Positions 7,279-13,087 of a DNA stretch of 13,087 nucleotides are shown in pieces. The position numbers and the translations under genes are program-made. The stretch's first letter is position 1; each line of letters starts with the position of its first letter. Under the pieces are notes generated by a model, which searched no databases, had not been told where the DNA came from, and saw only the letters and a list, made by a program, of their open reading frames with translations. The DNA lies in assembly GCA_016184305.1 (NCBI GenBank), contig JACPCX010000157.1, positions 1 to 13,087 on the forward strand, written 5' to 3'. The DNA comes from Candidatus Rokuibacteriota bacterium (GTDB lineage Bacteria > Methylomirabilota > Methylomirabilia > Rokubacteriales > CSP1-6).

Positions 7279-9201
7279 TCAGCGCCTGCGCCGCTTGCCG
7301 GCGCGGGCGGACGGGAATTGGGCAGCGAGCCAGGGGCCGGCGCCCGGCGTGGCTCGCCAGAGGTCGCCGAGCATGTCCTCTATGACGGCGGCCTCCTCAT
7401 GGCTGCCGAGCGCGTAGGCGGCGGGCATCGCGCCCGGCCATGTCTGCTTGCCGAGCAGGTAGCGGGGAGCATGGCGATTGGCGCGCACCGCCCGCCGGAG
7501 GTGTTCGTTCGCCGGGACGGCGTCGCCCCCGCGCCGGAAGGCATGGAGCGCCCATGCATAGGCCCATGCCGCGGTCCCCTCGTCATGGAACTGATCGAGG
7601 AGCCCCTCCGCCTCGGCGTCACGGCCGGCCTCGAGCAGGACGGGTAGCAGCGAATAGCGGACACCCTGGTTGTCGCCCGGATTCAGCCGGAGGAGATCTC
7701 GATAGTGATCCACCGCCGCATCGCGCTCCCCGAGGGCTTGCAGGCTCTGGGCGAGCCCGAAGCGGGCCCGCATGTAGGGGCGCGTACTGATCATGCTCCA
7801 GAAGTGGCCGGTATCCTCGGTGAAGGCGGTAGGGCCCAGCGCCCGCTCGCCGGCCGCCACCCCGCGGGCATAGAGATCGCGGGCGGCCGGTAGCTCCGTC
7901 GCCGCCTCCGCCAGGAGCACGTAGGCGTCGGCGCAGTCGGGGGAGACCTCGAGGGCCCGCCGGGCGAGCTGGACGCGCCGGCGGCCGCGAGCCTCCACCG
8001 CACGGTAGGCGATCTCCTGCGCGCGCTCGATCGGCGTCGAGGCCGTGGAGGGGATGGCGTCGAGCGCTCCCGAGAACTTCCGCTGGATGCTCGCGTTCAG
8101 CTCGTCCGTGCTCTCGAAGGACTCGCCGGCGGTAAAGCGCTGGACCTCGAGCAGCACGCGCTCCATGGCCCGGCGGTCCGGCAGGCCTCCGACTCGCGGC
8201 TCGGCGGGAGCATCGAGAGGCCGCAGCAGCTCCGGCAGAGCGAGCGTGATCCGGCGTGGCCCGTCCGCGGCGGGCACGTCACGGCTCCAGCGCCCGCTGT
8301 CGATCTCGTCCTCCGTGGCCCGCGCCAGCGCGCGAAGGATGGCCTCGAGCTCGGCCAGCATCGGTCCCTCGGGCCGGCGCAGCTGGCCGTTGGGCCCGAA
8401 CCATACCGCCACCGGGTACGCCGAGGGCCCGGCCACCGGCAAGGCATGCTCCTCCCACAGATCCACGTCGCCGAAGGGCATCTCGTCGATGGGGCCGAAG
8501 AGAACGCTCCACCGCCCGCGAGGCCCGATGAGCGTCTCGGGATCGGGGTCCTCCTGCAGCCGCTCGATATCCCGCGGGCTCGCGAAGAACCCCACCCCGA
8601 AGACCTGGCCCCCGGCGCCGAGGACGGTAGCGCACGAGAGGCCGCGGTCGACTGCCGGGGCCTCGATGCGGATGATGTCCTCATCGCTCAGGTGGCGCCA
8701 CAGGGCCGCGTCGAAGAACTCGCGGGCCGCCTCGGCGAACGCCCGCATACGCTCGACGGTCACGCCCCGGGCCCGGAGGGCCTCGGGTGGCAGGGGCTTG
8801 CCCTCCGTCATCTCCACCATCTGACCGAGCTTGTCCCGGACGAGCGAGATGTCGTCGACGACGTGAACCTCCAGCTCGGGGTCGCCGACGCCCCGCGCGA
8901 TCGCCTCGCCCAGGGCCGGGGCGACCACCTCGATCCGGGCCGGGCGCGTCCGGGTGAACCTGAGCCCCAGATCGAGGAACACGTCGAGGGCGAGCCCGGC
9001 GTCGGGCGCGCCCTCGGCGAGCTTGACGTTCACCATGTCGGTTTCCCGGCTGACCCACACCGCCCCCCACGGGCGGACGGGAATGTCGCCGGGCGCCCCG
9101 ATCCACATGGGCATCTTCACGAGCCCGCCCTGCCAGGTCTCGGAGGAGCGCCGCGCGAGTCGCTTGAATCGACCGACCACCAGGGAGGAGATCTCGGCCA
9201 T
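7279..9201 (-). CDS. 640-aa multidomain hypothetical protein with a C-terminal TPR/ST7-like helical domain
   Basis: Long ORF with GC-biased third codon positions. The C-terminal segment ARRALEVSPDCADAYVLLAE...FWSMISTRPYMRARFGLA...LLRLNPGDNQGVRY resembles bacterial TPR/ST7-like proteins. The N-terminal about 330 aa look like alpha/beta domains of unknown function. Confidence 0.85.
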   Translation of the reverse strand: MAEISSLVVGRFKRLARRSSETWQGGLVKMPMWIGAPGDIPVRPWGAVWVSRETDMVNVKLAEGAPDAGLALDVFLDLGLRFTRTRPARIEVVAPALGEAIARGVGDPELEVHVVDDISLVRDKLGQMVEMTEGKPLPPEALRARGVTVERMRAFAEAAREFFDAALWRHLSDEDIIRIEAPAVDRGLSCATVLGAGGQVFGVGFFASPRDIERLQEDPDPETLIGPRGRWSVLFGPIDEMPFGDVDLWEEHALPVAGPSAYPVAVWFGPNGQLRRPEGPMLAELEAILRALARATEDEIDSGRWSRDVPAADGPRRITLALPELLRPLDAPAEPRVGGLPDRRAMERVLLEVQRFTAGESFESTDELNASIQRKFSGALDAIPSTASTPIERAQEIAYRAVEARGRRRVQLARRALEVSPDCADAYVLLAEAATELPAARDLYARGVAAGERALGPTAFTEDTGHFWSMISTRPYMRARFGLAQSLQALGERDAAVDHYRDLLRLNPGDNQGVRYSLLPVLLEAGRDAEAEGLLDQFHDEGTAAWAYAWALHAFRRGGDAVPANEHLRRAVRANRHAPRYLLGKQTWPGAMPAAYALGSHEEAAVIEDMLGDLWRATPGAGPWLAAQFPSARAGKRRRR

Positions 9202-9209
9202 CAGCGGGC

Positions 9210-9238
9210 ACGATAGCGTGACCGGCCGCGCCGCGCAA
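9210..9238 (-). promoter_or_regulatory. Sigma70-type promoter for a probably leaderless mRNA of the 640-aa gene
   Basis: Minus strand TTGCGC (9238-9233), 17-nt spacer, TATCGT (9215-9210), 8 nt, ATG (9201); no SD sequence. Confidence 0.55.
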
Positions 9239-9272
9239 GCCGCTCCCGGCTCAGTCGGCCTCGGGCTCGGAG

Positions 9273-9503
9273 TCAGGCACGTTCACGACGGGCTCGCTGG
9301 GCCGCAAGCCCGGCGGCGAGCCTCCGTAGCTCCTCGGGGAAGATGCGCTTCGCCTTGACGGCGTCGGTGCGCTCGAACGCCTGCTCCTTGATGATCCGGT
9401 GTTTCTGCGACCGGGGCAGGTAGACGCGCACTCGATCCCAGTCGGCCTGCGGGATCGTGTCGCGCCCCGTCGCCGCCGTGATCGCCGTCGCGTAGAGGTC
9501 CAT
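9273..9503 (-). CDS. Small hypothetical protein, 76 aa
   Basis: ATG with an upstream GAGG; GC-biased third codon positions; protein-like sequence (IPQADWDRVRVYLPRSQKHRIIKEQAF). No family recognised. Confidence 0.55.
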   Translation of the reverse strand: MDLYATAITAATGRDTIPQADWDRVRVYLPRSQKHRIIKEQAFERTDAVKAKRIFPEELRRLAAGLAAQRARRERA

Positions 9504-9583
9504 AAGGTGTGACCTCGCCTGTCACAGCCGGGCGCGATTCTGAGCATGGAAGTAGCGAACCCCGGCACACAAGGAGGCCCCTG

Positions 9584-9829
9584 ATGGCCACGGCCCGATC
9601 GAATCTTGAAGCGCTGGCTGACTGGCTCGCCGCGACGGCGAAGAAGATCTTCCTCGAGGACGGCGAGCACGGCACTACCACCCACATCTGGGTCAAGGGT
9701 TACCCGCTATTCGTCGGCGTGACGGGGTCCGAGGACGGCAAGGACGCCCTCGGGACCCTCACCGGCATGCACATGTCGGTCGACGAAGACCTGCTGGAGT
9801 CCACTCGCGCCAGGCACAAATGGGGGTGA
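9584..9829 (+). CDS. Small hypothetical protein, 81 aa
   Basis: Perfect AAGGAGG RBS at 9571-9577, 6 nt before the ATG at 9584; codon usage typical of the window. No family recognised. Confidence 0.65.
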   Translation: MATARSNLEALADWLAATAKKIFLEDGEHGTTTHIWVKGYPLFVGVTGSEDGKDALGTLTGMHMSVDEDLLESTRARHKWG

Positions 9830-10001
9830 GCTGCCGCCGCACTCGGACATCCTGCTCGAGGATGGCGATTACCGGGATCTCGATTTCGTCATCTGGCATC
9901 ACCTCGACCTTGTCCCCGCCGACACGGCGCGCCCGCCCGAGCGCGTCCCCCACGGCCAGCCCGAGGAGCGCGCCGCGGTAGCGGTCGACCCCCGGTCTCA
10001 T
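9759..10001 (-). pseudogene. Truncated ADP-ribosylglycohydrolase (DraG/ARH family) N-terminus fused to unrelated sequence
   Basis: The ATG overlaps the upstream stop (ATGA, 10001-9998). The first 22 codons, MRPGVDRYRGALLGLAVGDALG, are the hallmark ARH N-terminus. Similarity stops there (no xPxE and no TDDT motif), and the 80-codon frame runs into the convergent ORF 9584-9829. Confidence 0.75.
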
Positions 10002-11929
10002 GCCTCCCCGGTCGCCAGCCACGCCCGCTTGCCCTCGCGCACCCGCTCGTGGAGCGCGTCCCACTGAGAGCGCGTGAGGTGGAGGAAGCGGAACCGGCCG
10101 TTCCGCTCGAGCAGCGGTCGCGGGATCGCCGCGAGCAGCCTGTGGAGCAGGCGGACCCGATGCGCCCGGGCGATGGCATGGATCCGCGGGCCGGGCACGT
10201 AGCGGCTGTAGTACACCACGGGCTTCCGCTCGCAGAACGCGAACATGACATCGAGCCAGCCGTAGAGGTGGTCGTCCCCGCTCCGCGGGAGGGCGAGGAG
10301 GGGCGTGATCACCCGCGCGTAGAAGCTCTTCGTGTCCGGGGCGGGGAGCCAGGTCGGGGCATCGAGCGAGATCATGGAGAAGTCGCGGCGGCGCAGCGTC
10401 ACGTGACACGGCTCGTCCTGGAGCACGGCCGGCTCACTCGCCTCGCGGGAGGCGCTGCCGATGCCCTCATAGCTCGGATCCACCCACCCGGCCTTGTCCT
10501 TGCCGTCGCCGCCGCCCCGCAGGATGCGCGAATCCTCGCGCGCGCTGATGAAGTCGATGATGCCGTTCGTCACCCGGAGTGGCTCGGCGCCGCCCTCGTG
10601 CACGTAGACGGTGCCGTCCTTCCAGTGGCGGAGCGTGGCGCGCACGTCCACGCCGTCGCGAAGCCCCGACACGAACGGGGCCGAGCGCGCCTCGGCGGGA
10701 TCGCCGACCGTCGCCCGGCCGAGCACATAGCGGACGAAGGCCTCGTACTGCTCCTCTTCGGGCGGGTATGAGACCCATATCCGGGTCTCGCCAGCCTTCC
10801 CGGGTGGGACATGCCGGTAGGGCGTGTCGCCCCGGCGCCGCTCCGCCTCGTCCGGCGAGGGAATCGAGATCGTGATCCCCGGCCCCTGGACCAGGAAGGG
10901 CTCCACGGTCACCCATCGGCCGTCCAGGCGAAACCCCTGGCGCTTTCCGATGACCTCGAACGTGAGGGCCGGGTGCTGGCGTCCCTTGCGGAAGGCCAGG
11001 TCGCGCATCGCCAGCATGTAGAGCGCTCCCGCGTAGCGGTTGCCGATCGTCGCGGAGGCGGCCGTGAGCAGCTCGCCCAGGTCCGGCCGCTCCGACAGCC
11101 CCCTCGACGCGGCGAGATTCCGCGCATAGAGCAAGGCCCGCGCGACGTCGATGGCCGTCCCGGCCGGCCCATCGGCCGGCTGCCCGCTGCGCGCCGGTCG
11201 GCGAAGAGCTCCCAGGGCCATCCTGCGGACCGCCGCCGTCTCCTCGTACCGGTCAGGGCCACTGGCGTAGTGCGCGACCAGGTACGGGACGCGCCCGGAC
11301 AGCCTCAGCAGCGCCGACGGCGCCAGCCGCACCCGACGGAAGCGCCGCGCCCGGCTGATGGGGACGCTCGGCGCGGCGAAGTCGCCAGCCTCCAGCCGGC
11401 GCACCAGGGCCGTCCAGTGGGCGAGGCCCCCGACCCAGAGCACACGCTGATGGGCGGCCAGCAGCTCCGACAGCCGTCGCGCCATGTGCGCCTCGCGGGC
11501 GAGATCCTCGTCGGGGGGCGCCGGCCCGAGCGCGGCCAGCGCGTCATGCGCCTCCCGGAAGAGACGGCCGACCCGCGGAGCGAACTCGGGGCCGGGAAGA
11601 GACAGCCCTCGCTCGCGGCGCGCCCCCGCGGAGACCTCGAGGTCCACCAGGTAGAGCGGCCACCTCGCGCCCCGCGCCAGACGGCAGGCCTCGAGAATCG
11701 AGTCGCCCGGCACGAAGGGGAAGAGCATCGGCCCGGACAGCGAGGCCACCGGGCTCGGCCAGCAGGACAGCGCCCAGTCCACCTCATCTTCCGCCGAGGG
11801 CCGCAGCTCCACGGCGACGGCCGTCGGATGGAAGGCGGTGACGGCGCGCCGCGCCTCCCGCGCGAAGATCGGGTCGAAGTGGCAGGACGGCACGCCGAGG
11901 AGGTTGCCGGCGCGCTCGGCAATCCTCAC
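9998..11929 (-). CDS. MoxR-associated 643-aa protein with an N-terminal TraB/GumN/TIKI(EreA/ChaN)-like domain
   Basis: GTG at 11929 overlaps the ATPase stop (GTGA) and has a GGAGG RBS. Motifs LGVPSCH, AVAVEL, LYLVDLE, AREAHMARRL and VLWVGGLAHW resemble the TraB/TIKI and YehM-like pattern. The C-terminal part has SYPPEE and PFVSGLRDGVDVRATLRHW. Confidence 0.8.
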   Translation of the reverse strand: MRIAERAGNLLGVPSCHFDPIFAREARRAVTAFHPTAVAVELRPSAEDEVDWALSCWPSPVASLSGPMLFPFVPGDSILEACRLARGARWPLYLVDLEVSAGARRERGLSLPGPEFAPRVGRLFREAHDALAALGPAPPDEDLAREAHMARRLSELLAAHQRVLWVGGLAHWTALVRRLEAGDFAAPSVPISRARRFRRVRLAPSALLRLSGRVPYLVAHYASGPDRYEETAAVRRMALGALRRPARSGQPADGPAGTAIDVARALLYARNLAASRGLSERPDLGELLTAASATIGNRYAGALYMLAMRDLAFRKGRQHPALTFEVIGKRQGFRLDGRWVTVEPFLVQGPGITISIPSPDEAERRRGDTPYRHVPPGKAGETRIWVSYPPEEEQYEAFVRYVLGRATVGDPAEARSAPFVSGLRDGVDVRATLRHWKDGTVYVHEGGAEPLRVTNGIIDFISAREDSRILRGGGDGKDKAGWVDPSYEGIGSASREASEPAVLQDEPCHVTLRRRDFSMISLDAPTWLPAPDTKSFYARVITPLLALPRSGDDHLYGWLDVMFAFCERKPVVYYSRYVPGPRIHAIARAHRVRLLHRLLAAIPRPLLERNGRFRFLHLTRSQWDALHERVREGKRAWLATGEA

Positions 11930-12756
11930 CGCGCCCTCCCGCCCGCCGGCGCCGTGCCGTCGGGCTTGACGAGGACCTGCTGCGCCGCGCGCCGGAGCGG
12001 CTCGCCGAGCCCCGACGCGCGGAGCTTCTGCGCGTACTGGGCCAGCGTGAGCATGTCCCGGATGCTGTCCTTGCGGCCCGCCGCCGCCCGGCGCCTGAGC
12101 TCCTCGAACACCCCGCGCAGCAGATCCTCGTCCACCGCCGGGCACTTGAGCCGCAGGATCTCCTCCTGCAACGCCCAGGGCGGCGAGACGATCTCGATCT
12201 TCGGCTTGAGCCGGCTCTGGATATAGCCCGGCAGCTCGTACACGCTCGCATCGTCGTTCATCGTCACGCAGAGCCGGAAGTCGGGATGGGCGTGCACCTT
12301 GACGGCGGCCAGCGCGCTCTCCACGTAGCGGCGGTCGTCCATGAGCGGGGCCAGCGCCGCCCAGCTCCGCTCCGGCATCCGGTTGCCCTCGTCCAGCAAG
12401 AGCACCCCGCCACGGACCATGGCCGTCACCACGCTCGAGGCGCGGTACTCCACGCGCCGGTCGCCCGTGAGCACGGGGGTGATCAGCAGATCCTCGGGGC
12501 GCGTGTCCGTCGTGCACTGGAAGATGTAGACCGCGCGGCCCAGCCGGCGCGCCACCGCGCAGCCGAGCGTCGTCTTGCCGAGCCCCGGCTCGCCGATGAG
12601 TCGCGGATTGAGCGGCGGCTCCACGGCTGAGAGCCTGAGCCAGGCGGCCTCGAGCTGGCGGGCATAGTCGTGGTAGTCTACCCACTCGCTCTCGTGATCG
12701 TCGGCGGCGGCCAGCGTGACCTCCACGCCCTGGATCGTGACCCTGCCCATCGTCAT
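11926..12756 (-). CDS. MoxR-family AAA+ ATPase, 276 aa
   Basis: GAGGAG RBS; Walker A GEPGLGKT; FQCTTDTRPEDLL; Walker B LLLDEGNR; VHAHPDFRLCVTMN (sensor I); YELPGYIQSRL (Arg finger); SIRD (sensor II). Confidence 0.93.
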   Translation of the reverse strand: MTMGRVTIQGVEVTLAAADDHESEWVDYHDYARQLEAAWLRLSAVEPPLNPRLIGEPGLGKTTLGCAVARRLGRAVYIFQCTTDTRPEDLLITPVLTGDRRVEYRASSVVTAMVRGGVLLLDEGNRMPERSWAALAPLMDDRRYVESALAAVKVHAHPDFRLCVTMNDDASVYELPGYIQSRLKPKIEIVSPPWALQEEILRLKCPAVDEDLLRGVFEELRRRAAAGRKDSIRDMLTLAQYAQKLRASGLGEPLRRAAQQVLVKPDGTAPAGGRAR

Positions 12757-12814
12757 CGGGATCTCCTCTGCCCCCAGTGTCGGCCGCGGGTGTGACAGCG
12801 GGGGTCAGAGCAGC

Positions 12815-13087
12815 TCATCCCCTCACCCAGTGCTCGACCGGCCGGGCGAGGAACTCTCCGATGGCGATACCGTCTCCGCCCACGAGCAGCGTGCGTGCCC
12901 CTCCGTGCGCCTCTGCGAAGGCCACGAGCCCGGGCGGGACCTCGCGGGACCGCCCGCTTTTCACCTCGATGGCCGTCAGCGTCCGGCCCGCGCGCGCCAC
13001 GAACTCCACCTCGCGGTTACGGTCCCGCCAGTAGAAGAGCTTGCACACCCCCGCGGCCGCTGCGTTCGCCAGATGGGCCCCGACCGC
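12815..13087 (-). CDS. C-terminal fragment of a DUF4143-type ATP-binding protein (PD-(D/E)xK-like C-terminus); 5'-truncated by the window edge
   Basis: The frame is open from 13087 and reads AVGAHLANAAAAGVCKLFYWRDRNREVEFVARAGRTLTAIEVKSG, matching the YWR...EV(D)F...AIEVK pattern of DUF4143. Confidence 0.85.
   Translation of the reverse strand, partial: AVGAHLANAAAAGVCKLFYWRDRNREVEFVARAGRTLTAIEVKSGRSREVPPGLVAFAEAHGGARTLLVGGDGIAIGEFLARPVEHWVRG

Noticed and set aside
11804..11812. CAGCTCCAC match to the tRNA-Ala 3' end as a possible attR
   Set aside because: Only 9 nt, inside a coding motif (AVEL); expected by chance.
11930..12685. N-terminal 252 aa of the 895-aa ORF (possible fusion or overlapping gene)
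   Set aside because: It is an alternative frame of the MoxR gene with Arg/Ala/Gly/Pro-rich nonsense sequence; the real start is the coupled GTG at 11929.
1..13087. CRISPR array, IS element, integrase, and the remaining overlapping ORFs in the track
   Set aside because: No regularly spaced repeats or transposase/recombinase motifs were seen by eye. The other ORFs overlap better-supported genes and have composition typical of off-frame GC-rich DNA.

Overview
GC-rich bacterial chromosomal window; the gene content suggests Rokubacteria/Methylomirabilota-like taxa, but that is an inference. Left part: the 3' end of a probable nitrilase, a small membrane protein, a family III (CaiB/BaiF) CoA-transferase, tRNA-Leu(CAA) on the minus strand, a 1131-aa zinc-ribbon/class III nucleotidyl cyclase/STAND ATPase/TPR protein, and tRNA-Ala(GGC). 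Downstream of tRNA-Ala is an accessory-looking region. It holds a VapBC toxin-antitoxin pair with a clear operator, a 640-aa protein with a C-terminal TPR/ST7-like domain, two small divergent hypothetical ORFs, a tightly coupled minus-strand operon, and the 3' end of a DUF4143-type ATPase. The operon (MoxR-type AAA+ ATPase, a 643-aa TraB/GumN/TIKI-like protein with no canonical vWA MIDAS motif, and a truncated ADP-ribosylglycohydrolase) is the best candidate for an uncharacterised system. Several promoters can be read directly, including probable leaderless ones. No CRISPR array, integrase or transposase was seen. All family assignments come from motif recognition by eye, not database searches.
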